63,817 nt of DNA, filler included, from Octopus bimaculoides (GCF_001194135.2; 7 parts of 6 records of this genome joined end to end with filler, not necessarily neighbours in it); one strand, 5' to 3'. Shown: positions 39,151-51,590, counted from the first letter of the whole stretch. A program made the numbers and translations. The notes: generated from the sequence alone by a model not told the origin.

Positions 39151-39963
39151 NNNNNNNNNNNNNNNNNNNNNNNNNNNNNNNNNNNNNNNNNNNNNNNNNN
39201 NNNNNNNNNNNNNNNNNNNNNNNNNNNNNNNNNNNNNNNNNNNNNNNNNNNNNNNNNNNNNNNNNNNNNNNNNNNNNNNNNNNNNNNNNNNNNNNNNNNN
39301 NNNNNNNNNNNNNNNNNNNNNNNNNNNNNNNNNNNNNNNNNNNNNNNNNNNNNNNNNNNNNNNNNNNNNNNNNNNNNNNNNNNNNNNNNNNNNNNNNNNN
39401 NNNNNNNNNNNNNNNNNNNNNNNNNNNNNNNNNNNNNNNNNNNNNNNNNNNNNNNNNNNNNNNNNNNNNNNNNNNNNNNNNNNNNNNNNNNNNNNNNNNN
39501 NNNNNNNNNNNNNNNNNNNNNNNNNNNNNNNNNNNNNNNNNNNNNNNNNNNNNNNNNNNNNNNNNNNNNNNNNNNNNNNNNNNNNNNNNNNNNNNNNNNN
39601 NNNNNNNNNNNNNNNNNNNNNNNNNNNNNNNNNNNNNNNNNNNNNNNNNNNNNNNNNNNNNNNNNNNNNNNNNNNNNNNNNNNNNNNNNNNNNNNNNNNN
39701 NNNNNNNNNNNNNNNNNNNNNNNNNNNNNNNNNNNNNNNNNNNNNNNNNNNNNNNNNNNNNNNNNNNNNNNNNNNNNNNNNNNNNNNNNNNNNNNNNNNN
39801 NNNNNNNNNNNNNNNNNNNNNNNNNNNNNNNNNNNNNNNNNNNNNNNNNNNNNNNNNNNNNNNNNNNNNNNNNNNNNNNNNNNNNNNNNNNNNNNNNNNN
39901 NNNNNNNNNNNNNNNNNNNNNNNNNNNNNNNNNNNNNNNNNNNNNNNNNNNNNNNNNNNNNNN

Positions 39964-40028
<65 letters not shown>

Positions 40029-40709
40029 TTGTGTGTGTATGTATGTATTGTGTAGGTGTGCATGTATATATGTATGTATTTATGTATATATGTAATATGC
40101 AAGCCCATGTGATGCATATATATACACCTATGTATGCCATAATACCAAAATGTAACTGTTTATTTGTTTTGATCTGTGTGCATATATGTGTGTGTACATA
40201 TATATATATATATATACGCACATGTATACATATATATGTTTGTGTGTGTGTAGACAAACATAATGAAGAATGTATATTTCAACAAAGCTAAAGCTACAAA
40301 TCTACAGGTACATCTATGTGTGCATGTATGTATGTTTGCAATTGTATGTATATATAAAAAAAACACATACACATATAACACTAAGATTATTGGCAAGATC
40401 TATATGCGTTTTGGAAAATGTGTGGGTGCTTGCATGTGTGGGTGTACTTGTATTTGTGTAATATGTATGTATGTATATATGCATGCATGTATGTATATAT
40501 GTATGTGTGTATGTGTGTGTGTGTGGGTGTGTGTGTATATGAATGAATGAATGACAAAGGAGCAGGTGTTTCATAATTAACTTGATTAATTTACAGCTGT
40601 TTCTGGTATTAGATACAATCCACCCAGAGATGAGTGCTTGTGCTAATGAGATAAACTGTGTGACTTCTGTTCCTGTGTCATTCATTAAGTGATATTATGC
40701 ACTGTACTA

Positions 40710-41030
40710 AGGTGGTGAGATGGAAGAATCCTTAGCACACTGGGCAAAATGCTTAGCAGCATTTTGTCTGTCTCTATGTTCCGAGTTCAAATTCTGCCAA
40801 TGTTGACTTTACTTTTCAACCTTTAGGGGTTGATGAAATAAGTACCATTCGAGCACTTGGGTTGATGTAATCGACTAACCTCCTTCTCCTTTGTGCCTAT
40901 AGTATAAAAGATATTGTGTTCTGTAGAAAGGCAGCAAACTGGTAGAATTGTTGGTATGGTGGACAAAATGCTTAGCAGTATTCTATCTATCTTTATGTTT
41001 TGATTTCAAATTCCTCTAAAATAGTCTTTC
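40710..41030 (+). mobile_element. two tandem SINE family B copies, CpG-decayed
   Basis: GGTGGTGAGATGGAAGAATCCTTAG...GAGTTCAAATTCTGCC; a second head starts near 40925. Confidence 0.75.
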
Positions 41031-41034
41031 ACAG

Positions 41035-41275
41035 CAGGGAAAGTTCGCCGTCATCAATTCACCACAGGGGAAGTTCACTGTCATTAAAACACCCCTATTT
41101 TTTTTTTTCAATAAAATAGTTTTTAACTATTAATGGTGAGATAGTATGGATATATTTTCTCAGTAAAGTTTCCTTGCGGTGAACTTTCCCCACGGTGAAT
41201 TGATGGTGGTGAGCTTATCTATAATCGTTAAACATGTCTGGAAAGTTCACCATCATCAATTCACTGCAGGGTAAG
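41035..41275. mobile_element. MITE-like element with subterminal inverted repeats
   Basis: GGAAAGTTCGCCGTCATCAATTCACC vs GGTGAATTGATGGTGGTGAGCTT and GGTGAACTTTCCCC. Confidence 0.5.
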
Positions 41276-41527
41276 TGATCAAGCAACCGAATCCTCATCA
41301 CTGAAACAGAAAGATCTGTCTCTCTCTGTCTATCTACATAGAACCATATGGTTGAAAATCAAATGTCTTACCACACAGTCACCCCTACACCCCTATGTAT
41401 GTGTGTGTGTGTGTGTGTGTGGGGGGTGTATATGTTATTTATGATTTCACTTAAGAATAGCAATACTAATAACCAGTTGTTAGAACTGTATACATATGTC
41501 TTAGAGTAGAGTGTTGAGTAATTAAAG

Positions 41528-42030
41528 GGTAGAGACCCCCCCTTCAGTCATGACTGACCATGGGGTTGCACCTAGAAAGTTACCCTCAACAGCACAAGCC
41601 CGGGCACATGGTTGTTTATAGAAGACCAACCGTCTCCCATGCATACCAGCCTCCCCTCTTCATGCCACTGATGTTATCCAAAGGAAAGGCAAAGGCTGAT
41701 ACAGTTTGGCACTAGTGATGTTGTAACTCATTTTTACAGTTGAGTGAACTGGAGGAATGTGAAAATAAAGTGTCTTGCTCAAGAACGCAACACACTGAAC
41801 TCACTACCTCATGATTGTGAGCCCAGCACTCTAACCTCTGAGCCATGAGCCTTCACATGTATATATAGGGTAAAGACCCCCTTCAGTCATGAGTGACCAT
41901 GGGATTGCACCTAGAAAGTTTCCCTCCAAGGCACAAGTCCAGGTAAGGTTGTTTATGGAAGACCAGCAGTCACCCTTGCATACCAGTCTCCCCTCTCTGT
42001 GCCACTTATGTTATCCAAGGGAAGGGTAAA
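41528..42030 (-). mobile_element. SINE family E, tandem full plus partial copy
   Basis: GACCCC(C)CTTCAGTCATGA.TGACCATGGG.TTGCACCTAGAAAGTT occurs at 41534 and 41876. The first copy ends in a reverse-complement tRNA-like head (CTCTAACCTCTGAGCCATGAGCC). Confidence 0.75.
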
Positions 42031-42044
42031 GGCTGATACAAAGA

Positions 42045-42570
42045 TATGTGGTGTTAGAAAGGGCATTGGCATTAGGAATGGCATCCAGCTGTAGAAACCA
42101 TGTCGAAACAGACATGCAGCCTAAACAGCCCTTCGGCTAGTCAGCTTCTGTCAAACTGTCCAACCCATGCCAGCATGGAAAATGGATATAAAATGATAAG
42201 AAGAAGAATTCTTACTCTCTCCTAAATGTGAGCAGCTGTGTAGCTCCTCTACAAGAAGAACCTGTTTCACCCCAACCTCTTCCCCCATACCTTAACCCTC
42301 ATCTAACACATAAATGCAACATCCTCTCTCCTTCCCTCCCTGGGTTTGTTGACTTACAAGTTACGTGAGGACCTCAATAGTGCCAGTGACATGGAAAACA
42401 CACCCAGTACACACTGTAAACTGGTTGGTATTAGGAAGGGCATCCAATTGTACAAACCAAACCAAAGTAGACCCTGGTGCATAGTGCAGTCCTTCAAATC
42501 ATTGGCTCTTTGTTAAACCATCCAACTCATACAAGGATGGAATATAGCCTTTAAATGATGATGATGCTGA
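42045..42570 (+). mobile_element. two family C copies, CpG-decayed
   Basis: TTGGCATTAGGAATGGCATCCAGCTGTAGAAACC and TTGGTATTAGGAAGGGCATCC, each with a GATGAT tail. Confidence 0.7.
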
Positions 42571-43194
42571 TGGTGATGATTCGTGTTGGTTCACTGAGAA
42601 GTACTAAGTCAAAGAATTCAGTATATAAAGGCTCCTAATTTTCAGCAGTGTGAGTTTAATGTTTCCACTATTTGAGCTCAAAATCTAAGCCTTTTTTCTT
42701 TTGAATTATCTGTTGCTTGAATATATTTTTTGAAATATATATATATCTAATTCTTCATCATCTTCATTTTAACATCCAGTTTTTGATGCTTACAGCTTTT
42801 CTGTGGCCAGACAGATTTTCTATGGCCAGATGAGCTTTCTGTTGCCAATCCTTACCTGTTTCCAACCCTTGCTTGTTTCCAAAGAAAGTAATATTTCTCC
42901 ATGGCCAGACACATTTTTGCAGAAGATACAAAATAAACGAGACATTTATTTACAACAATCACATGATGTCGAGTCAAGGAGACCCAAACACACACACACA
43001 CACACACACACTCATGTATGACAAGCTTCTTTCAGTTTCTGAAAGAAGAGATGAAGAACGACTTGGGAAAAACCCTGAAACAAGAAGAGAAATCCAGTCA
43101 AAATCCAGAATGTTCTTTGTCTCACATGATAGTCATTAACTATATATATACATACATACAAAGTATGGGGGTTCAGTTCACAGGTGATTTAAAT

Positions 43195-43447
43195 CAGGGG
43201 TTTTCAAACTTTTTGGCTTGCGGACCCCTTTATATTTCAGGCTTTACCTTAGGGACCCCCTTATAAACGCTTATGAAATTTATACATAAATATTTGCTTA
43301 AAATAACATATATTTTTACATTTATTTATTTAACAAATAAATATATAAAATCAAAATTGCCCATAAAAAGTATTTGCTGTCCACGGACCCCCTGTCTTGT
43401 CCTTGCGGACTCCCTGTGGTCCACGGACCACAGTTTGAAAACCCCTG
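43195..43447. mobile_element. hAT (Charlie-like) MITE, 253 bp
   Basis: Perfect 16-bp TIR CAGGGGTTTTCAAACT / AGTTTGAAAACCCCTG. Perfect 8-bp TSD ATTTAAAT at 43187-43194 and 43448-43455. Internal GGACCCC repeats. Confidence 0.92.
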
Positions 43448-43939
43448 ATTTAAATGACTAGGTATGCTAGGTAAGTGCTGTAACAGATTACTAGGGCGCC
43501 GAGGTTGTAGCTGAGACAGTAGTTATGGAGCCATTGCAGATTTCTGATATAACGGATATATAATTGTTTAAGGGGACAACAAATGTTAAGGCAAGGCAAT
43601 CATCTCAAGTCATAAATTTGTTATTATTTATAATAATATATATGATTTGAGATGTTTGCCTTAATGTTTGTTGTGCTCTTTAAGAATTATATATATATAT
43701 ATACATACAATATAATATAAACTTACTTGGAAATGGATGTGTGACATTCAATCAAATAGTAATANNNNNNNNNNNNNNNNNNNNNNNNNNNNNNNNNNNN
43801 NNNNNNNNTTAATTAATTAANNNNNNNNNNNNNNNNNNNNNNNNNNNNNNNNNNNNNNNNNNNNTGGTTAATCTTCAAATGAATTGGCTGAAGGAGCCTT
43901 TTATTCATGATCGTAGTGGTTTTCGAAACTTGGATTTAG

Positions 43940-44830
43940 CATGCAGAGAGTTACTACAAACAACATGGCTGGACACGGCATTAACAAAAACACAACCAAG
44001 GAACTGAACGAAAACAACTGCTCAACAGGTAAACAATTTCTTTCAAGTTGTAGTCATAGAAGAAACTGTAACTATAAAACTCGTTTCTTTTGGTGTTATG
44101 AATTGAATAATGACCTATTTAACTGCTACGAAAAAGTGAAACAAAACCCCACTGTTGGCTATATGAAACGATTGAAATCATATTGGGACGATCTGCATCC
44201 AGAATTAAATCATTTTACTGCGAAGCAACTGCGCCAACAAGCAACATTTCTAGAACATAGAAAGAAGGTTAGTAACAGTAACTTTATAAAGAAATCAAAA
44301 AATTAACCTTCTTCCCAACTCTATAAACAAAAATGAAAACGTGGTTTCGCAGCTAGCGACATTCCAATAGATTCTATAGTGTCTATCAGCCAAACTACAT
44401 TACTGGCTCAAATAACTGATCACTGTCCCCCTACTATGATTATGGTAAACAGCAGGCTCAACTGCAACGATTATTGTAGTAATAGTGGTAGTGGTAGTGG
44501 TAGTCAGGATTATATGCCAGTGAAATGTACGCTTACTGAAATTTTCCGAGAAAAAATAGCTTTGGCTTTGAAGGATTCTCTCGAGGAGAGAGTAGTTTCT
44601 ACCAAAGTAAAAAAGAAAAAAAAAACACCAGATACCGTATTAAAAGCTATTAACGAAATCGGTGATGAGTATTTATATACTGGCAGATTAGCGCCTGTCT
44701 ATATATTCTGGCTACTATTGTAAAACAGTACATGAATGATAATCAAAAAGTAAACAAAAACCGAAATAACAAAGAATGAACCATCATAAGTTTTGAAGAC
44801 AGAGAAAACGATAACTTGTTTACGGAAGAC
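43940..44830 (+). mobile_element. degraded N-terminal region of an R4/Dong-like ORF
   Basis: WCYELNNDLFNCYEKVKQNPTVGYMKRLKSYWDDLHPELNHFTAKQLRQQATFLE resembles the N-terminal W..E...L..CY...GY.KR...W block of R4-like ORFs. Recalled similarity, not searched. Confidence 0.65.
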
Positions 44831-45061
44831 AATCAGTCATGTAATGATGGTTATTGCACGCAAATAAGTAAATCACTATACGTCCCACCAACAGAAAGTA
44901 AAGAAGGAGACTGCACTATTCCACTAGTACTCTGTTTTATCGACCTCGATAGGACGAAAAGCACAGTTGGCTTCTCTGGTATTCGAAATAAAGAACCTGA
45001 ATAAATAGTACACGGCATTTATTCCAATGCCCTGACGATTCTGCCAAACTGCTACCCTCAA

Positions 45062-45270
45062 TAATGGTTTCAAATTTTGGCACAAGGCCAGCAATTTCGG
45101 GAGAGGAGTGAGCCGATTACATCGATCCCAGTGCTCAACTGGTACTTACGTTATCAAGACCGAAAAATTAAAAGGAAAAGTTAACCTCAGGAATATTTGA
45201 ACTCAGAACGAACGAAATGCCGCTAAACATTTTTTTTCCGGCATGCAAATGAGTCTGACAGCTCGCCGTC
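45062..45270 (-). mobile_element. SINE family B, reverse orientation
   Basis: ATGGTTTCAAATTTTGGCACAAGGCCAGC...TTTGAACTCAGAAC...CAGCTCGCC. Confidence 0.8.
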
Positions 45271-45669
45271 TTCACCACCCGCCATATTATATTGCAATTT
45301 AATATGTTTGCAAACGTTAACAAAATTTAAACAGTAAAATCAAGGCAAAACAAAAAATCTAGTTTATATATTTAGTTCACAAGTCTGAAAGCTAACATGC
45401 TTCTATTTCAAAACTGAGAATTGGACGATGTTGGAAAAAGATGTAAAATTTGACACACTTAAAAAGTAGGGTGTAATTGGATATTCTCAGTGAACTAACT
45501 ATATGGTAATAATGAATTTCATGTGCTAAAGCACACAGGAGACCGTTTGAAACGACTCGAAACCTTGATGGGACATGGTAAACAAGGTTGTTTCGCTTCA
45601 ACAAAAGCTATTTTGTCTCGCATGTATGGCAATATGAATGCTCACCTCGTGCGTAATATATTGATTTCT

Positions 45670-45704
<35 letters not shown>

Positions 45705-46222
45705 GTAGACGTGGTTGCTTGCCCAACCGCATGGTTCCGGGTTCAGTCCCACTGCGTGGCACTTTCGGCAAGTGTGTTTTACTATAACCTCGGGCTGACC
45801 TCAGGCTTGTGAGTGGATTTGGTTGACAGAAACTGAAAGAAGCCCGTTGTATGNNNNNNNNNNNNNNNNNNNNNNNNNNNNNNNNNNNNNNNNNNNNNNN
45901 NNNNNNNNNNNNNNNNNNNNNNNNNNNNNNNNNNNNNNNNNNNNNNNNNNNNNNNNNNNNNNNNNNNNNNNNNNNNNNNNNNNNNNNNNNNNNNNNNNNN
46001 NNNNNNNNNNNNNNNNNTATATATATATATATGCTTGTGTGTGTCGCTTGACAACTGATGTTGGTGTGTTTATGTCTCCGTAACTTAGCTGTTCGGCAAA
46101 AGAGACCAATAGAATAAGTACTAAGCTTACAAAGAATAAGTCCTGGGGGTCGATCTGTTCGACTAAAAGCGGTGTTCCAGCATGGCCGCAGTCAAATGAC
46201 TGAAACAAGTCAAAGAATAAAA
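45705..46222 (+). mobile_element. SINE family A (gap in central microsatellite)
   Basis: Same head, core and tail as 20380. Confidence 0.85.
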
Positions 46223-46224
46223 GA

Positions 46225-46725
46225 AAACACCCTCGAAAATGTCTTATTTCAAATTAAATGAAACAGAAGCTTATGCATCGATACATGCAGATATGTCTCC
46301 CTCGAGGCCATCGGTTCAAGAAACCTGAGCATATCTGGATTGGTCAAATTAGCGATGAGGGGCGAGCAATGTCGTGAAGAAGCACGTCGTGTCACCGGTT
46401 GGGTCGTTTGGACCCTTACCTGTCAAGTGAAGATGATGGTTGATAGTGTCATGAGAGCACCTGTCTGTTGGGTCAGTCCTTTAGTAGACTGCTACGGATA
46501 CTTTGAATGTGCAGGTTCAATTGCTCCTCATTAAATTGAACAGATCGGCCGGAACGCGGAGTATCTGTGAGCTTAAATAGTCCTTCCTTGGGGTGTGAAA
46601 ACTATTTCTGTGCAATTATTTGAATTATAGTACTTTTTCTCTGTACCCAGCACGAACGTCTAGAGTGATTTTGATAGCTTTGAAGTTTTGATTGAAAGCG
46701 AAGAGGAGCAGATTTCGAAAATGCT

Positions 46726-46760
<35 letters not shown>

Positions 46761-46914
46761 TCAAATACCTGAAAACAGGTAAAATAGGTAAAACGATAAA
46801 CAAAAGCTTCCGAAGGGGAACAGAGCAAAAAAATAAAACAAAACATAACAAAAATATTTCTCGTTGTAATTCAAATAATATTCGGAAGAAACGAATGAAT
46901 TTATCTGACAATCC
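46225..46914 (-). mobile_element. mariner transposon remnant (5' end plus degraded transposase)
   Basis: Minus-strand fragments KHFRNLLLFAFNQ, FKLTDTPRSGRSVQFNEEQL, SHDTINHHLHLTGK and VLLHDIARP match the mariner HTH and catalytic motifs. Putative 5' terminus near 46914 next to TA. Confidence 0.85.
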
Positions 46915-47989
46915 TATGTATTCATAGATATTCGATATCAAAAATAACAGGCCATTGTTAACATATTGAATGGTTCGATAGTCATCGATCATCTCAACTT
47001 CTCACCACAGCCACATGGTTTCTTATATTTTGTTTAGTAATACATTGTTCTTTGATACCAAACAAGGATGTAATGTCATCTTAGGTTGGGTGAAAACATA
47101 CCTTCTTGCACGTTGGTTTGCGTCATTTAGTGAAAACTTCCCTATTGGCTAGCATTGCAGTTTTACATTATTACACTCCATTATATTAAACACTATAGCC
47201 TTATCTTTCCCACGCAGAACAGTGGCGACAATTCGTTGTGGCTTCTCCGAACTAGTTTTCATTGCACCACATAAGCAGATATGCATTGATCGACCTCCAC
47301 AGCCTCATCCTTTCTGAATGTCCTAAATTTTAATGGTTGTAGCTCATCGTCGGAAAACGCTACGCAATCACACGAACTGATAGAAAGAGCAACTAAATCT
47401 CTTTCAAATCCAACCGTCTTAAAAAGAAGCAGACACTTTGGATATTCTTCAAAAAAGGACTTTTAAAACTGGGATGTCTCAGAAATACAAAAAAAAATGT
47501 GATGGTTAAAGCTAGAGATCCGTTAATCACAGATCTCCATTATGAGGGATGGCCTGTCTGTCAAGTGAAGGTGACAGGCAATAAAATGTACAACATTTAA
47601 TTGAAATACATTAAAGTCTCTAGTTATAGTCACGTGTATACATGAGATAAAGGACTCATCGTGAGTTTTAGAGTTAACAAAAGAAAAGTTTGTTAACTAC
47701 TATCAGAAACTCTGCATTTTGGAAGGTTCAAAGAAAGAAAGAAAGAAAGAAAGTGGTGAAAACAGACAGAGTTTCTTTAAAGAATATTTAGCTATATCAT
47801 CTTACGCGCATTTCATTTACAATGATTATTTGTTACATGGCATCAATCATAGAAACCAATTTATTTGTCAAATCTTCAGAGATGCACAACACTCATTCCT
47901 AATTTTATGCATTCATATAGTGACACGATTGCTGTCGTTAACACCTCAACTACTTCTTTTCCATAGTGGGCTCACCCATTTCAACTTGT

Positions 47990-48266
47990 AGTAAGAAGTT
48001 TGCTTCCCAACCACATGATTCCGGGTTCAGTTCCACTCCGTGGCACCTTGGGTAGGTGTTTTCTACTATAGCATTATCATCCCGCGCCGGCCGGCCGGCC
48101 AAAGGTGTGTGAAAGGATTTGGTAGACAGAACAAGCCCGTCATATAGTTACAAATACACACACACACACATATATATATACATGTGTGTGTTTGTGTATG
48201 TGTGTGTTTGTGTATGTGTGTGTGTATATATAGATATAGATGTATGCGTTTGTGTATATGTGCTTC

Positions 48267-48304
<38 letters not shown>

Positions 48305-48505
48305 TGCGTTTTAGTATGTTTATGCTTGTCATCTATCACCGGTTGACAACTAGTGTTCGTTTTTTTACGTCCATGTAAATTAGTGGTTCGCCAAAAGAGA
48401 CGGAGCGAAAAAACACTAGGCCTTAAAAATAAGTAGTGATCTAAACTAAACTCTTCAAGCTGTCGCCCCAGCATGGCCGCAATCCGATGACTGAAATAAA
48501 TGAAA
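47990..48505 (+). mobile_element. SINE family A
   Basis: Head GCTTCCCAACCACATGATTCCGGGTTCAG; tail CCAGCATGGCCGCAATCCGATGACTGAAA. Confidence 0.8.
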
Positions 48506-48896
48506 TTTAATGCTTAGGTGATTGCGTCATCTCACGATTTTTGAATTGCCAACAGATTTGATAGCTACATCCATCTAAATATCGGTCATTTATCATGCAA
48601 TTTAGAATCTAATTCTCACTCTATAATTAACTATCTACCTATTTATTTATCTATCTGTCTATTTATTTATCTATCTGTCTATTTATTTATCTATCTACTA
48701 TGTATCTAACTAGGAACTAGCTGACAATCTATACACACACAGGTACAAATGCAAAACCACTCGCAGATAAGTATACACATCGCAGAGACACAGAATGGAT
48801 TACACAGGACAGTAAAAAATACGTGGGAAGGAGAGTCTCTGAAGAGATCGCGGGATTGTGACGAAAATTGTCAAACAAAAGAATACGTCCTGGGAT

Positions 48897-48945
<49 letters not shown>

Positions 48946-49452
48946 NNNNNNNNNNNNNNNNNNNNNNNNNNNNNNNNNNNNNNNNNNNNNNNNNNNNNNN
49001 NNNNNNNNNNNNNNNNNNNNNNNNNNNNNNNNNNNNNNNNNNNNNNNNNNNNNNNNNNNNNNNNNNNNNNNNNNNNNNNNNNNNNNNNNNNNNNNNNNNN
49101 NNNNNNNNNNNNNNNNNNNNNNNNNNNNNATGAAAATGGAGAAATAAATAACAATAAGGAGTGGATCTTTGGTGTTATAAAGCCATTATTTAATTAATTA
49201 AGATGAGAGTATGTTAGAGTAAGTTTACAGCTGTTTCCGTATATCAGGCTGGGGTAAATATGTATTTACTTCGTTGCATTTGATAGACATCATCATGACT
49301 TTCATTACTTATATTTTTTATTCTTCTCTTCTTATGCTTTGCTACAAAATGTGCTTGCGGCGAAATATCCGCACTGGGAATTGTCTTAAGGCGAATAGTC
49401 CTATGCCCAATTATCCTACGGCGAATTGTCCTAGGTCCATTAAAAATGAACC

Positions 49453-49680
49453 CCACCACCAACAACAACTCTACCTATATATCTGTGCACACCTTTGAAT
49501 GCCATGTAAAGGCATAAGGTCTGGAATTCAAACGGAGGCCTCAGAAGATATTTTAAGGTCCACAAAGATCAGGACTTAACTGCAGCTCTTGGTGGTACAA
49601 ATCAGATTTGCAATTTATGTGGGTGTCTTTTCAATATATCGTCTGGTTTAAAAAGCTACATCAGACGCCACGATGAATCT
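49453..49680 (+). mobile_element. second, frameshifted copy of the tandem-C2H2 LINE tail
   Basis: Aligns by eye to 22274-22500 (TCTGTGCAC, AAAGATCAG, TGCAATTTATGTGG, TCTGGTTTAA, CATCAGACGCCACGATG). Confidence 0.7.
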
Positions 49681-49687
49681 ATATATT

Positions 49688-49968
49688 AAAAGAAGAAGAA
49701 AATGGAGATTGTAAAGTTTATAATCGTTTATTATTAACAGCAAATTGGTCGTCTTCACTTACAGCCGTTTCTATAAATACTCGATAAACTTTGGATGCTA
49801 TATGTGTGTTTGTGAAATCATTTTAGCAGACTCTGCTAAATTCACAAACACACATATAACATAAAAGTAAATTTAATGTTTATTGAGTATTAATAGAAAC
49901 GGCTGTAAATGAAAATGACCAATAAACAATTTTTAACTTCCCAATCTCCATTTTCTTCTTCTTTTAAA
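49688..49968. mobile_element. fold-back MITE (long imperfect inverted repeat)
   Basis: AAAAGAAGAAGAAAATGGAGATTG / CAATCTCCATTTTCTTCTTCTTTT; ACAGCCGTTTCTA / TAGAAACGGCTGT; TATATGTGTGTTTGTGAA / TTCACAAACACACATATA; centre TTAGCAGA-CTCTGCTAA. Confidence 0.8.
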
Positions 49969-50730
49969 TGAATATAAACTATATCTTTTTATATATACCT
50001 ATTATTTCAAGAAAAATCATTCCCCCAAAATACTAGGTTTTAGATTAGTATTTCCATGTATGAAATCATCCTTTCATGAGGTTAACGCAACTTCTAATTA
50101 GATTTAATAATATATATATATATATATATATATATNNNNNNNNNNNNNNNNNNNNNNNNNNNNNNNNNNNNNNNNNNNNNNNNNNNNNNNNNNNNNNNNN
50201 NNNNNNNNNNNNNNNNNNNNNNNNNNNNNNNNNNNNNNNNNNNNNNNNNNNNNNNNNNNNNNNNNNNNNNNNNNNNNNNNNNNNNNNNNNNNNNNNNNNN
50301 NNNNNNNNNNNNNNNNNNNNNNNNNNNNNNNNNNNNNNNNNNNNNNNNNNNNNNNNNNNNNNNNNNNNNNNNNNNNNNNNNNNNNNNNNNNNNNTATGTA
50401 TGTATGTATGTATGTATGTATACATATAACAAAGTGACATTTTTTCCAAAGTCATAATCCCTTGTGTTTAAATATATATTTCAGAATAAGATTTGTAAAC
50501 AAATTCAAAACTGAGAAGTTAAGGACTGTTTACGTATTATTAAATGGGGGGGGGAAAAAGGAAGGGGAAAAGGAAAAGACATTGAGATTTGTGAGAAGTT
50601 ATTTATTATTTGTTTATGTATTTTTTTTTTTTTTGTTTCTTGCAGAATCGTAACCTCTGCGATACGCTTTTCTTTGAATTCTGAAACAGATGTTTTTAAA
50701 GGAAAAACAGTGAACAGTCCAGTTATTTTA

Positions 50731-50935
50731 CCGCGCATGCGCTAAAAGTACATGTAAAGAAATTTCAGTACAACTTCAGGTTTCTGACTGTGACCATCTT
50801 ATTTTTTTAACCCCTAATACTACCTTAAACTTAAATTCTCATTCATAAGCCTAACCTGAAAACACTGACCAAAAATCTAAACCTTTATCCAACTCTATAC
50901 CCTAGTGTGGAACATCTTAACACTAAACTTTAACC

Positions 50936-50973
<38 letters not shown>

Positions 50974-51043
50974 ACGTGTGTGTATGTAAATATATGTGTG
51001 TATTTGTAAGTATAAACGTACGTGTATCTCTCTCGCTCTCTCA

Positions 51044-51109
<66 letters not shown>

Positions 51110-51345
51110 ATATATATATACACACAATAATGAACACACATACACAAGGTATGTGTTTACCAGTTCATGAACAGACTGCGATTTATAGGCGTAAGAGAAT
51201 ATTTTCTCGTCAATATGCCTAGCGTTAAAACACCCGGAAGTCATAAACAAACGAGGAAACTCATGTCTGGTCCCAGTACAGGAGCGGTAGGCATTAATGT
51301 TTCGTTATCTTTGTAACTTATCAATACTACGTGTTGATAAGTTAC
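50731..51345. promoter_or_regulatory. candidate promoter region: NRF1-type GCGCATGCGC and ETS CCGGAAGT
   Basis: ACCGCGCATGCGCT near 50731-50743; CCCGGAAGT near 51233-51241; CpG-rich unique flanks. Confidence 0.4.
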
Positions 51346-51379
51346 GAGGCCGGACGCAAGCTAAATCGCTCTCTGTGAC

Positions 51380-51590
51380 TATTCTTTTATTCTTTTACTT
51401 GTTTCAGTCACTTGACAGCGGCTATACTGGAACACCGCCTCTAGTCGAACAAGTCGACCCCAAGACTTACTCTTTTAAAGCCTTGTACTTATTCTATCTG
51501 TCCCTTTTACCGAACCGCTGAGTAATGGGGACCTAAACACACCAGCATCGGTTGTCAGCGATAGTGAGGGTAGAACAAAAACAGACACAC
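51380..51590 (-). mobile_element. SINE family A 3' half, reverse orientation
   Basis: TTTTACTTGTTTCAGTCACTTGAC...CACCAGCATCGGTTGTC. Confidence 0.8.

Noticed and set aside
45539-45577. 39-nt phase-1 exon GDRLKRLETLMGH that could follow MVTPDDE
   Set aside because: Weak acceptor, three artificial linkers away, and no homology support.
46410-46420. Strong minus-strand donor CAG|GTAAG
   Set aside because: Lies inside the mariner remnant (HLTGK codons).
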